Shown here: piece after piece, positions 12,700-27,344 of the stretch
Layout: each line of letters opens with the position of its first letter
Position numbering within the stretch: position 1 is the stretch's first letter
Notes under the pieces: model-generated
Told to the model about the DNA's origin: nothing
Database searches by the model: none
What the model saw: the letters and a program-made list of their open reading frames with translations, nothing else
NCBI GenBank assembly: GCA_964016885.1
Contig: OZ024740.1
Span: 17,112,001 to 17,176,000 of the forward strand
Source of the DNA: Eledone cirrhosa
Taxonomy: Eukaryota
Direction of reading: 5' to 3'
DNA length: 64,000 nucleotides
Program-made: the position numbers and the translations under genes

Positions 12700-13020
12700 C
12701 TGTGCTTTCTTGTCTATGGATATTGTGCACCTAGTGGAGAATACTCATCTCGTTTCTTTCCAGCTTGTCTATATCCCCTGCATGCAGCATTTCACTCCAT
12801 TCACAGACTTCATACAATCTATTGTTCAGAGAGATAATTCCTTCATTGGTCCCTGGACTTCTTTGACCCTATTCTTATTCTAGCTACAAAGATTTTAGAG
12901 TAGCCTTCTCCACTCCTAATTATGTCACCAAGGTAGTGGAAGTTATCAACTAACTTTATGGATTGAAAATAATATATTTCACTTCTGTCTTTACTGCTAA
13001 TTACAGTTGTGAATCTTAAA
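12700..13020 (-). pseudogene. Highly decayed RTE RT fragment
   Basis: VDNFHYLGDIIRSGEGYSKIFVARIRIG matches VDSFRYLGDKISSGGGCSESTVARVRTG of the younger copies. Confidence 0.65.
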
Positions 13021-13022
13021 CA

Positions 13023-13215
13023 CATCATCATCATCACCGTTTAACATCCATTTTCCATGCTAGCATAGGTTAGACAGATTATCTGTTTGGGGGTAAGTCA
13101 AGGTCAGATAATCATGTCCTGCTTATACAGAACAAATTTTAGCTTGGTTTCTGCAGCTGGATGCCCTTCCTAATGCCAACCACATTTACAGTGTGGGCTG
13201 GGTGCTTTTTATCAT
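13023..13215 (-). mobile_element. 3' portion of SINE family 2 / RTE-type tail
   Basis: (CAT)n tail, ccatgctagcat stem, and cagctggatgcccttcctaa module. Confidence 0.7.
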
Positions 13216-13374
13216 GTCACCATCATGACCACTTTAGAGTGTGGGCTGGGGGTTTTGGTGTGTAGGGTGTGTAGGGATTAGGGAAGTGGGTATATGGGCA
13301 TGTGTGAGGGGTGATCATCATTTTCCTTGCAAGCAAGATTTGGCTGTCATCACAAACCACATCTTTATTTCGAC

Positions 13375-13750
13375 GGTGGATTGGCAGTATCGGTAGAGCA
13401 TCAGACACCATGCTTTACAGCATAGAGTTATGGCCTTTTACCTTTTGAGTTCAAATCCTGCAGAGGTTAACTTTGCCTTTCATCTTTTTGGGGGTCGATA
13501 AAATAAAGCACCTGTAATGCACTGGGTTAATTGCTGGCCTTGTGCCAAAAGTATAATCTACCTGCATGTATTGAGTACTCATTCAACTATTGTCTGTATT
13601 TGTCTTATTATACATAAAACATCCATTATTACCAATAATCCTGCCGAGGTTAACTTTGCCTTTCATCCTTACGGGGTCGATAAAATAAAGTACCAGTAAT
13701 GTACTGGCTAATTGCTGGCCTTGTGCCTAAAATAGAAACAATTATTACCA
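13375..13750 (+). mobile_element. SINE family 1: full copy (13375-13555) plus partial copy (13638-13748)
   Basis: Matches 12491-12676. Confidence 0.8.
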
Positions 13751-13844
13751 ATAATCAAAATTAAAAAACATTTTGCTCTTCTTTTCATAATTATTTTAAC
13801 TAATTTCTAAAATAATGGTTCTCGTGATTACTTCTCATCAACAG

Positions 13845-14185
13845 TCTCACTCTCTCCCTCCATCTCACTCTCTCCCCCCCTCTCCCCCCTCTCTCTCCCC
13901 CTCTCTCTCTCTCACTCTCTCCCCCCTCTCTCACTCTCACTCTCTCAACATCTCCCCCTCCCAACATCTCTCCTCCAGCATCTTTCCCCCAACATCTCTC
14001 TCTCTCAACCCCAACATCCCTCTCTCTCAACCCCAACATCCCTCTCTCCCAACATCTCTCTCTCTCCCAACATCTCTCTCTCTCCCAACATCTCTCTCTC
14101 TCCCAACATCTCTCTCCCCCAACATCCCTCTCCCCAACATCCCTCTCTCCCCCAACATCCCTCTCTCCCCCAACATCTCTCCCTC
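13845..14185. repeat. CT-rich minisatellite CCAACATC(TC)n
   Basis: Direct inspection. Confidence 0.85.
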
Positions 14186-14280
14186 CTACCCAGCCCAATG
14201 ACAATTGTCTGAGTGATGGACAAAAGACTTTACAGTATATCACCATATATTCTGAGGTTGTTGACCATCCATCTGTGATA

Positions 14281-14447
14281 TAATTGTTTCTACGTTAGGC
14301 ACAAGGCCAGCAATTACCCCAGTGTATTACAGGTACTTTATTTTATCGACCCCCAAAAGGATGAAAGGCAACGTTAACCTCGGCGGGATTTGAACTCAGA
14401 TCATAAAGGGAGGTAACTCTATGCTTCAAAGCATAGCGTCTGACCAT
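14281..14447 (-). mobile_element. SINE family 1
   Basis: Reverse complement of the family core. Confidence 0.8.
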
Positions 14448-14635
14448 ACCAGTTATATACTGAGGTGGCCAACTAGGCTATCCCACAAAATACTGTAAAA
14501 TAGGGATCTAGAGTGGTCAGTGTTGGTAAACATGGGGAAGTTATATAAACAGACTATAGTGTTTGTAAAATACATGTCTAGATAGGTCTCTCTCACACAC
14601 TTATCATTCTCTCCCTCTCTCTCTCTTTCTCTCTC

Positions 14636-14674
<39 letters not shown>

Positions 14675-15307
14675 CTTTCCCATTCACATACTCTCATTCA
14701 TACATATACACACACCTACTCTCTCTCCTACTCCACCCCACTCTCATACCCCACCCCTCACAGTTGCTAACACAGATCATATACTGCTGTTACTTGATAC
14801 TATCACCACTGCTAATGTTATTACTATCAATTTATTCTCTCCTACCACCACCACCACCACCACCATCATCACCATCACCACCATCATCACAACCATCACC
14901 ACCACCATCATCATCACGACCATCACCACAGCAGCACCTCTTTACCTGTGTTAATCAATGTGTTTTTGTACTGTACTCCCTCACCAGTACTAACACCACA
15001 CCCTGCCTCCTCCCATCCAACATCTACCTAACTAGCATTGTACACCACACCACACCCCACCACACAATTCATACTCACCCAAACAATACCATCACCCCAC
15101 ACAAATCATACAACTCGAACCCACCACATATATACACAATTCATGCACCACTCACACAACTCAGAGACTACACACACACATAACACATACACACCCACAC
15201 AGCACATTCATACACACCACCATACACAATGCCTAAACATCACATTGATCTATTTAGATATCTACATAATATCAAAAGGAATTTATATCTGGAGTATATA
15301 TATATAT

Positions 15308-15639
15308 ATCATCATCATCATTTTACGTCCGCTTTTCCCTGCTTGCAAGGGTGGGACGGGAACTGATTCTGGCTTGATTTCTACAGCTGGATGCCCTTCC
15401 TAACACCAACCTCATTTACAGTGAGTGCTGGGTGCTTTTTCCGTGGCACCTCCATGACCACTTTAGAGAGGAATGATAGGGACCCCAGTCCCTATCATCT
15501 CATTTGTACAGCTGAGTAAACTGGAGCAATGTGAAATAAAGTGTCTTGCTCAAGGAAACAACACATCACCCAGTCTGAGAATTGAACTCACAACCTTTCC
15601 ATTGCAAGGCCAATGCTCTAACCACTAAGCCAAGTACCT
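15308..15639 (-). mobile_element. SINE family 2 with RTE-A tail
   Basis: Reverse complement of 7447-7771, ending in (ATG)n. Confidence 0.85.
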
Positions 15640-15654
15640 CTCTCTCTCTATATA

Positions 15655-15704
<50 letters not shown>

Positions 15705-15720
15705 ATTATATATATATTAT

Positions 15721-16917
15721 ATCATCATCATCATCATCAACGTTTAACGTCCGTGTTCCACGCTTGCATGGGTTTGGACGGGGGTAGTCCCACTTGAGGC
15801 AAGAGTGATTGTCTTGCTCGCATAGGACTGTCTGGCAGGTTTTCTACAGTTGGATGCCCTTCCTAACACCAACCACATTTACAGTGTGGGTCTGGGAGGT
15901 TTTTACCGTGTTGCCTACACGGCCACATTACAGCATGGACTGTGTGTTTTTTTGTCGTGACACCTGCGCGGCACCAACATAACTTTACATAGAACGGGTT
16001 GGTATGGATGGGGTGGTGGTGGTGGCGGGACGGGGTGTATTTTGTTAGAGATGCCTACTGGCAAGGCGGGTCTTCTCTGTTACTGAGTACCGCCAAAGGT
16101 CTCGGTCCAGTGACATTGTCTTGGAGAGGTGTAAGTGTGTGAGGTCGGAGTTTATCAGCTCGTCCCAGGTTTTTCTAGGTCTGCCTATTCCGTGGCTACC
16201 GTCTATCTTTATTGCCCTGCACTTTGTTATACAGCTATCGACTTTCATGCGCATCACGTGTCCATACCAACGTAGCCTTCTCTCGAGTAAACAACATCTG
16301 ATCCCTCTTATCTCTAATTTTTTCCTTAGTTCGTTTATGCTTTGCCGTTCACGTATATTACTGTTACACATCCAGCGGAGCATGCAAGCTTCGTTCCTCT
16401 CTAGTCTGCGTATATCCTCTGCACACAATGCCCAGGTCTCACTGCAATGCAACATTGCTGTTCGTATGCAGGCATCGTACAACCTGCCTTTCATTTTTAG
16501 GGAGAATCCTTTAGCAGCTAATAGTGGTATAAGCTCTCTGAACTTTTTCCAACCAGTTCTGACTCTAGCTACAGTACTTTCAGAGCACCCTCCCCCACTG
16601 CTGATTTTATCGCCCAGGTAACGGAAGCTGTCCACTATTTCTATAGAACCCTCTGCGCAATTGAAAGAGCTAGTATTTTGTGGGCACTTGCTGCTACTTA
16701 TTGCACCAGAACACCGGCCACATGTAAAATCTATGTTCTTAGTTAACTTACCTGTGATCCCACTACATCTTTTATGCACCCATACTTTGCATTTAGGACA
16801 TAAAATGGAGTTTCTACCTACGCCTTTCCTACACACCGAGCACGACCATTTCCCAGAAGGGACCGCCGCCTTGTTTTCTTTCCTATAAACTAGAACTTTG
16901 GTCTTAGCCAGGTTAAT
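15721..16917 (-). mobile_element. 5'-truncated RTE-clade LINE (family B) with ~320-bp 3' UTR
   Basis: Open frame 16045..16836 with Cys/His finger, SFRYLGD, RRLRWYGHV and GRPRKTW; (ATG)n tail. Confidence 0.92.
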
Positions 16918-16940
16918 AATATATATATATATAATTATAT

Positions 16941-17045
<105 letters not shown>

Positions 17046-17389
17046 TAATATATATAATATATAATATATATATATATAATATATAATATATATAATATAT
17101 AATATATATATATATAATATATATAATATATATATATATAATATATATATATATAATATATAATATATATATATATAATATATATATATATAATATATAT
17201 ATATATAATATATATATATATATAATATATATATATATAATATATATATAATATATATAATATATATATATATAATATATATATATATAATATATATATA
17301 ATATATATAATATATATATATATATTATATATATAATATATATAATATATATATATATATTATATATATATTATATATATATTATATAT

Positions 17390-17736
17390 ATCATCATCAT
17401 CATCAACGTTTAACGTCCGTGTTCCACGCTTGCATGGGTTTGGACGGGGGTAGTCCCACTTGAGGCAAGAGTGATTGTCTTGCTCGCATAGGACTGTCTG
17501 GCAGGTTTTCTACAGTTGGATGCCCTTCCTAACACCAACCACATTTACAGTGTGGGTCTGGGAGGTTTTTTACCGTGTTGCCTACACGGCCACATTACAG
17601 CGTGGACTGTGTGTTTTTTTTTTGTCGTGACACCTACACGATCTCATTTGTTTCGGCCTGGATGGCGCGGCACCAACATAACTTTACATAGAACGGGGTG
17701 GTGTGGATGGGGTGGGGGTGGTGGTGGTGGGACGGG

Positions 17737-17740
<4 letters not shown>
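17390..17740 (-). mobile_element. RTE-B 3' UTR-only copy
   Basis: Near identical to 15721-16038, but retains a ~25-bp segment missing there. Confidence 0.85.
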
Positions 17741-17794
<54 letters not shown>

Positions 17795-17825
17795 ATATAT
17801 ATATATATATATTATATATATATAT

Positions 17826-18010
17826 GGTGGATTGGCAGTATCGGTAGAGGGTCGGACGCCATGCTTTCCAGCATAGTTACGTCTCTTTACGATCTGAGTT
17901 CAAATCCCGCCGAGGTTGACTTTGCCTTTCATCCTTACGGGGTCGATAAAATAAAGTACCAGTAATGCACTGGTTAATTGCTGGCCTTGTGCCTAAAGTA
18001 GAAAGAATTA
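17826..18010 (+). mobile_element. SINE family 1, full-length young-looking copy
   Basis: ggtggattggcagtatcggtagag...gagttcaaatccc...gcctaaagtagaaagaatta. Confidence 0.85.
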
Positions 18011-18093
18011 TATATATATATATATATTATATATATATATTATATATATATTATATATATTATATTATATTATATATATATATTTATATATAT

Positions 18094-18150
<57 letters not shown>

Positions 18151-18177
18151 ATATATATTATATATTATATATATATA

Positions 18178-18247
<70 letters not shown>

Positions 18248-18248
18248 A

Positions 18249-18291
<43 letters not shown>

Positions 18292-18374
18292 ATATATTAT
18301 ATATATATATATTGTATATATATATATTATATATATATATATATATTATATATATATATATATTATATATATAT

Positions 18375-18405
<31 letters not shown>

Positions 18406-18571
18406 ATATATATATATATTATATATATATATTATGTATATATATATATTATATATATTATGTATATATATATTATATATTATATATATATATTATATAT
18501 ATATATATTATATATATATTATATATATATTATATATATATATTATATATATATTATATATATATATATTA

Positions 18572-18624
<53 letters not shown>

Positions 18625-18845
18625 ATATTATATATATATTATATATATATATATATATTATATATATTATATATATATATATATTATATATATATATTAT
18701 ATATATATTATATATATATATATTATATATATATTATATATATATATTATATATATATTATATATATATATTATATATATATATATATTATATATATTAT
18801 ATATATATATTATATATATTATATATATTATATATATATATATAT

Positions 18846-18876
<31 letters not shown>

Positions 18877-18944
18877 ATATATTATATATATATATCATAT
18901 ATATCATATATATATATATATTATATGTATATATTATATATATA

Positions 18945-18998
18945 ATCATCATCATCATCATTTTACGTCCGCTTTTCCCTGCTTGCAAGGGTGGGACG
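18945..18998 (-). mobile_element. ~54-bp RTE-A/SINE tail-only insertion
   Basis: Matches 15308-15358. Confidence 0.8.
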
Positions 18999-19376
18999 AT
19001 ATAATATATATATATATATATATATATCATATATATATATATATATATTATCTGTATATATTATATATATAATATATATATATATATATTATATATATAT
19101 TATATATATATATATTATATATATATTATATATATATATATTATATATATATTATATATATATATATTATATATATATTATATATATATTATATATATAT
19201 TATATATATATATATTATATATATATTATATATATTATATATTATATATATTATATACTATATATATATTATATATATATTATATATATATTATATATAT
19301 TATATATATTATATACTATATATATATTATATATATATTATATATATATTATATATATTATATATTATATATATAT

Positions 19377-19421
<45 letters not shown>

Positions 19422-19509
19422 TATATATATATATATATGTATATATTATATATATATATATATGTATATATTATATATATATTATATATATATATATATT
19501 ATATATATA

Positions 19510-19552
<43 letters not shown>

Positions 19553-19621
19553 CATATATATATATTATATATATATTATATATATATATATATATTATAT
19601 GTATATATTATATATATATAT

Positions 19622-19675
<54 letters not shown>

Positions 19676-19689
19676 ATATATATTATATA

Positions 19690-20497
19690 CTAGCAGTAAA
19701 GCTCGGCGTTGCTCGGGGTCGCTCAGTAGCTGTGTTAAAGTTACAATGTTAAGCTTCTTTCTTGGCTTAAAAACTGTAGTGTCTACTGTGCAGACTTGCA
19801 TGTGGTGTTTTTGATTAATATTCCCTCAACCAACAATATGCCTTATGAAGTTAAGAAAACATAACGATAACCCGAATGTTATAACAAAAGAGGATGCTGG
19901 GGATAGAAACTGCACTGGTTATTTATTAACAAAGAACGAAAATGTAAACACTGCAACGCAGAGAAAAACATTAGCGTAACCAAATTATCAGTTATGTCTG
20001 TCTGCACGCCTATATCACCTCTCTGCACGACTGTCTGTCTGCACGACTGTCTGTCTGCACGACTGTCTGTCTGCACGACTGTCTGTCTGCACGCCTAACG
20101 ACGAAATATTTGCTTGTTTTACGTAGTCTTTAAATAGACTTGTTTTCAAGTAAAAATATTGTTTTAAAATGCTTTTAAATGGAAATGAAGCAAAGTTCGT
20201 GTATTGTGTTAATGTCATTTTAAACGCTGAGAAAGCCAGCGTAATTTTTTACGTAAGACGCTCAATGTAAACAGAACAAAGGGAAATAACTGATAACTTA
20301 CGCTCAAAAATCGATACATTAAATTCGATTTCGTCACATAGGGTGGGTCAATTTGAAATATTTTTTTTTCCGATGTCTTCGCTAGGGCTCAATGTACAAG
20401 TATAGCAATTTCGGTGCAATTCCGTGAGAGATTCTAAGAGGAGATGTGTGCCAAAAATCGATAGACAGACAGACAACCACAGTTTTATATATATAGA
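19690..20497 (-). mobile_element. Non-autonomous Helitron (~808 bp)
   Basis: Minus strand begins TC and ends CTAG, is inserted between A and T, has an imperfect GC hairpin (19702-19717) near the 3' end and (CTGT)n near the 5' end; no TSD. Confidence 0.8.
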
Positions 20498-21086
20498 TTA
20501 TATATATATATTATATATATATGTTATATGTATATATTATATATATATTATATATATATTATATATATATATATTATATGTATATATTATATATATATTA
20601 TATATATTATATATATTATATATATATATTATATATATTATATATATCATATATATATGTTATATATATATATTATATATATATATTATATATATTATAT
20701 ATATATGTTATATATATATATTATATATATATATCATATATTATATATATTATATATATATATTATATATATATATTATATATATATATTATATATTATA
20801 TATATATTATATATATATTATATATTATATATATATTATATATTATATATTATATATATATTATATATATATTATATATTATATATATATTATATATTAT
20901 ATATTATATATATATTATATATATATTATATATTATATATATATTATATATTATATATATTATATATATATATTATATATATTATATATATTATATATAT
21001 TATATATATCATATATTATATATATTATATATATTATATATTATATATATTATATATTATATATATTATATATATATATTATATAT

Positions 21087-22750
21087 ATCATCATCATCGT
21101 TTAACGTCCATATTCCACTCTCGCATTGGTTTGTACGGGAGTTTTCCTACTTGGGGCAAGAGTGGTTGTCTTGCTCGCATAGGACTGTCTGGCGGGTTTT
21201 CTACGGCTGGATGCCTTCCTAACACCAACCACATTTACAATGTGGAACTGGGAGGTTTTTACCGTGTTACCTACACGGCCACATTACAGCGTTGACTGTG
21301 TGTTTTTTTGTCGTGACACCTACACGACCTCATTTGTTTCGGGCTGGATATTGTGGTACCAACATAACTTTACATTGAAAGGGGTGGTGTGGATGGGGTG
21401 GGTGTAGTGGGACGGGAGGTCTATTTTGTTAGAGGTGCCTACTGACTGTAGTAGGTTTCACTTTGTACTTAGGCAAGGCGGGTCTTCTGTATTACTGTGT
21501 AGCGCCAAAGATCTCGGTCCCGTGACATTGTCTTGGAGAGGTGTAAGTGTGTGAGGTCAGAATTTATCAAGTCGTCCCAGGTTTTTCTGGGTCTGCCTAC
21601 TCCGTGGCTACCGTCTATTTTTATTGCCCTGCACTTTGTTATACAGCTGCTGTCTTTCATGCGCATCACGCGACCATGCCAACATAGTCTTCTTTCGAGT
21701 AAACAACATCTGATCCCTCTTATTTCTAATTTTTCCATTAGTTCGTTTGTTTTGCCGTTCACGTATATTACTATTACACATCCAGCGGAGCATGCAAGCT
21801 TCGTTCCTCTCCAGTCTGCGTATATCCTCTGCATACAATGCCCAGGTCTCACTGCCATGCAGCATTGCTGTTCGTATGCAGGCATCATATAACCTGCCTT
21901 TCATTTTTAGGGAGAACCCTTTAGCGGCTAATAGTGGTATAAGCTCTCTGAACTTTTTCCATCCAGTTCTGACTCTAGCTACTGTACTCTCAGAGCACCC
22001 TCCCCCACTGCTGATTTTGTCACCCAGGTAACGGAAGCTGTCCACTATTTCTATAGAACCCTCTGCGCAATTGAAAGAGCTAGTATTTTGTGGGCACTTG
22101 CTGCTACTTATTGCACCAGAGCACCGGCCACATGTAAAATCTATGTTCTTAGTTAGCTTACCTGTGATCCCACTACATCTTTTATGCACCCATACTTTGC
22201 ATTTGGGACATAAAATGGAGTTTCTACCTACGCCTTTCCTACACACTGAGCATGGCCATTTCCCGGAAGGGACCGCCGCCTTATTTTCTTTCCTACAAAC
22301 TAGAGCTTTAGTCTTAGCCAGGTTAATTTTAAGGCCTTTTGATTCTAGGCCGTGCTTCCATGTTTGGAATTTCTTCTCTAGCTCGGTCATTGATTCAGCT
22401 ATGAGCGTTAGATCATCTGCGTATAGGAGTTCCCATGGGCAGCCGGTCTTGAACTCCTCTGTTATAGCCTGAAGGGCAATAATAAATAGTAGGGGGCTAA
22501 CAACAGAGCCCTGATGGACACCAACTTTTACGCTAAACTCTTCACTATATTCGTTGTTAATTCTAACCTTGCTGACTGTTTCTTTATACATGGCTTGTAT
22601 AGTTCTCACAAGCCATTCGTCAACACCTAGTTTCTAAGAGCCCACCAGATAATGGAACGGTGGACTCTGTCGAAGGCTTTCTCCAAGTCGACAAAAGCTA
22701 AGTATAGGGGTTTACTTTTAGCTAGGTACTTCTCCTGTAGTTGTCGTACT
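21087..22750 (-). mobile_element. 5'-truncated RTE-clade LINE (family B) with partial RT
   Basis: AFVDLEKAFD, VGVHQGSVVSPLLF, ELLYADD, PHD-like finger and YLGD; frameshifts near 22630 and 21750. Confidence 0.93.
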
Positions 22751-22834
22751 TCTTGGCAGCGGTAATGGAATTTATTGGCTTCTCTGAATCACATACACAC
22801 ATGGATATAAAATGAGGATAATGATGACATAGAC

Positions 22835-25278
22835 AATACATCCTAGCAACTCTACATATACATCCTAGCAACTCTACATATACATCCTTGCAACTCTACA
22901 TATACATCCTTGCAACTCTACATATACATCCTAGCAACTCTACATATACATCCTAGCAACTCTACATATACATCTTAGCAACTCTACATATACATCCTTG
23001 CAACTATACATATACATCTTAGCAACTCTACATATGCAGCCTTGCAACCCTACATATACATCCTAGCAACTATACATATACATCTTAGCAACTCTACATA
23101 TACATCCTAGCAACTCTACATATACATCCTAGCAACTCTACATATACATCCTTGCAACTCTACATATACATCATTGCAACTCTACATTATACATCATTGC
23201 AACTCTACATATACATCCTAGCAACTCTACATATACATCCTAGCAACTCTACATATACATCCTAGCAACTCTACACTATACATCCTAGCAACTCTACATA
23301 TACATCCAAGCAACTCTACATATACATCCTAGCAACTCTACATATACATCCTAGCAACTCTACATATACATCCTAGCAACTCTACATATACATCCTAGCA
23401 ACTCTACATATACATCCTAGAAACTCTACATATACATCCTAGAAACTCTACATATACATCCTAGCAACTCTACATAAACATCTTAGCAACTCTACATATA
23501 CATCCTTGCAACTCTACATATACATCCTTGCAACTCTACATATACATCCTTGCAACTCTACATATACATCATAGCAACTCTACATATACATCTTAGCAAC
23601 TCTACATATACATCTTAGCAACTCTACATATACATCCTAGCAACTCTACATATACATCTTAGCAACTCTACATATACACCCTAGCAACTCTACATATACA
23701 TCCTAGCAACTATACATATACATTTTAGCAACTCTACATATACATCCTAGCAACTATACATATACATCTTAGCAACTCTACATATACATCCTAGCAACTC
23801 TACATATACATCCTAGCAACTCTACATATACATCCTAGCAACTCTACATATACATCCTTGCAACTCTACATATACATCCTAGCAACTATGCATATACATC
23901 TTAGCAACTCTACATATACATCCTAGCAACTATACATATACATCCTAGCAACTATACATATACATCTTAGCAACTCTACATATACATCCTAGCAACTATA
24001 CATATACATCTTAGCAACTCTACATATGCAGCCTTGCAACTCTACATATACATCCTAGCAACTATACATATACATCTTAGCAACTATACATATACATCTT
24101 AGCAACTCTACATATACATCCTAGCAACTCTACATATACATCCTAGCAACTCTACATATACATCCTAGCAACTATACATATACATCTTAGCAACTCTACA
24201 TATACATCCTAGCAACTCTACATATACATCCTAGCAACTCTACATATACATCATAGCAACTCTACATATACATCCTAGCAACTCTACATATACATCCTAG
24301 CAACTCTACATATACATCCTAGCAACTCTACATATACATCCTTGCAACTCTACATATACATCCTAGCAACTATACATATACATCTTAGCAATTCTACATA
24401 TGCAGCCTTGCAACTCTACATATACATCCTTGCAACTCTACATATACATCCTAGCAACTATACATATACATCCTAGCAACTCTACATATACATCCTAGCA
24501 ACTCTACATATGCAGCCTTGCATCCATACATATACATCTTAGCAATTCTACATATGCAGCCTTGCAACTCTACATATACATCCTAGCAACTCTACATATA
24601 CATCCTAGCAACTCTACATATGCAGCCTTGCATCCATACATATACATCTTAGCAATTCTACATATGCAGCCTTGCAACTCTACATATACATCCTAGCAAC
24701 TATACATATACATCTTAGCAACTCTACATATACATCCTAGCAACTATACATATACATCCTAGCAACTATACATATACATCCTAGCAACTATACATATACA
24801 TCTTAGCAACTCTACATATACATCCTAGCAACTCTACTTATACATCATAGCAACTCTACATATGCAGCCTTGCAACCCTACATATACATCCTAGCAACTC
24901 TACATATACATCTTAGCAACTCTACATATACATCCTAGCAACTCTACATATACATCCTAGCAACTCTACATATACATCATAGCAACTCTACATATGCAGC
25001 CTTGCAACCCTACATATACATCCTAGCAACTCTACATATACATCCTAGCAACTCTACATATACATCTTAGCAACTCTACATATACATCCTAGCAACTCTA
25101 CATATACATCCTAGCAACTCTACATATACATCTTAGCAACTCTACATATGCAACCTTGCAACCCTACATATACATCCTAGCAACTATACATATACATCCT
25201 AGCAACTATACATATACATCCTAGCAACTATACATATACATCCTAGCAACTCTACATATGCAGCCTTGCATCCATACA
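22835..25278. repeat. 22-bp minisatellite CATCCTAGCAACTCTACATATA (~2.4 kb)
   Basis: Tandem unit with recurring variants (CATCTTAG, TGCAGCCTTG). Confidence 0.95.
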
Positions 25279-25610
25279 CTACCATTTTGCCTCTCCTGCA
25301 TTTTAATAAGAACTTAGTGATGTGTAGAATTAGTATTACACCCACTCTCTCTCGTCTCTCTTGTTCACACACCTCTCACTATCTCTCACTCCTCCCTCCA
25401 TATCTCTCACTCCCCCCTCCATATCTCTCTCACTCCCCCCTTCCACCTCACTCTCTTTCACTCCCCACTTCCACCCCCCCCCCCTTCCCTCGTTCTCTGC
25501 ATATATTATGTAAATTACCTGTTGATGGCAATGCTGTTGGAACTAGGTTGCCTTCTGCTTCCAATTAGATTTCACACCCGCACACCTCCAGAATTACCAC
25601 AATGCCAGGA

Positions 25611-25985
25611 TAATAATAATAGTTTCTACTTTTGGCACGAGGCTAGCTAGCGATTTGTGGGGAAGGGGAAGTCAATTACATTGACCCCAGTATGTGACTG
25701 GTACTTTCCATCAACCCTTGGGGGATGAAAGGCAAAGTTGACCATGGGAGGGTTTGAACTCGTAACACTGTAATTAAATGCTGTAATTAAATGCTGTTTT
25801 GTCCAAATGATATAATAATGGTTTCACATTTAGGCACAAGGCCAACAATTTGAAGAGAAGTGGAAAGTCGATTAAATCAACCCCAGTGTATTACTGGTAC
25901 TTTATTTTATTGATCCCATAAGGATGAAAGGCACAACTAACTGTAGCAGAATTTGAACTCAGAAGGCGGCATAACTATATAGCAC
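25611..25985 (-). mobile_element. Two degenerate SINE family 1 copies in tandem
   Basis: ggatgaaaggcaaagttgac...tttgaactc motifs at ~25720 and ~25920; (TAA) tails. Confidence 0.7.
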
Positions 25986-26268
25986 AAAGTATTCCTTCCC
26001 CTACCCACCCCACTGAGTTCCTCCCTCTGTCTGACAAACACTATCTAGACCACCCCACCCACCCCTGTCTGACACTAGACCACTAGACCACCAGGTTATG
26101 TAAGTGGAGTTATGTGTAAATGTCTAAAACATCACTTCCTGGTTTCCTTTTTAGGACATGACTTTCCTTTGTTCTTTAATCTCTCTACTACAGATTATTT
26201 CCTTGTCTGTGTGTGTATATATATATATATATATATACACACACATACATATATACATACTCACACAT

Positions 26269-26299
<31 letters not shown>

Positions 26300-26454
26300 A
26301 TAGATACATACAGACATACACGCATACATATATACATGCACACATGTAATACACACATATATAACATTGTTTTGTCTACTTTTTCACCCTCACAATGGAT
26401 GTTTGTATGTGTGTGTGTATACACAAACACCCCCACACCCTCTACACACACACA

Positions 26455-26502
<48 letters not shown>

Positions 26503-26988
26503 CATAACATTACATATATATATAACTATGAGCAGGGAAAAAAAGTGGACATTAAATGATGATGTGGAGAGGACTTTCCATGTTTTTAAATTCCCAGGCT
26601 TTTTCCCACTTCAAAAAACTGTATTTTACCGTGTGTGGGGAAACAGTGGAGAGAAGGGACATAAAGTAAGGAATAAGAGGAGATACAGTTGAATATATTT
26701 GGAATCCGGATCTTGGAAATTTGACACGTTTTCCGAATTACGGACACGGATTGAACAACTGACAATCTTTTGTTTTATAGTTGGATTGTTTCGGAATTTA
26801 CTAGAAAGTGAAAGGGTGTGAGTTTATTTGTGTGTGTGTGTATGCATACGTATATGTATGTACATCATCACCGTTTTGTCAATTGTTCCACGCTAGCATG
26901 GGTTATGTATGAAAATACAACACACACACATATATATGCACACACCGATACATATGTACACAATTATGAAAATACAACAAAGACACAC

Positions 26989-27020
<32 letters not shown>

Positions 27021-27125
27021 GAAATTATTGTGTACAGTGCTCAGGTGCACTATAACTCATCAAAGGTGCATATATAGTACATAGAATAATATACAAATGC
27101 CAGGGAAGTGAACAGTGTATATATA

Positions 27126-27317
27126 GTAATAATTGTTTCTATTTTTGGCACAAGGCCAGCAATTACCCAGTATATTACTGGTGCTTTATTTTATTGACCC
27201 CGTAAGGATGAAAGGCAAAGTTAACCTCAGCGGGATTTGAACTCGTATCATAAAGGGACGTAACTCTATGCTTCAAAGCATGGTGTCCGACTCTCTACCT
27301 ATACTGCCAATCCACCG
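27126..27317 (-). mobile_element. SINE family 1, full length
   Basis: Reverse complement of the family consensus, ending gccaatccaccg. Confidence 0.85.
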
Positions 27318-27344
27318 ATAGTAATACTAAATACAACACACACA

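Noticed and set aside
17965-21295. Tyr/Ile-rich ORFs
   Set aside because: Translations of (TA)n.
22835-25278. Telomeric repeat or coding repeat
   Set aside because: The 22-bp unit is unrelated to TTAGGG and has no sustained ORF.
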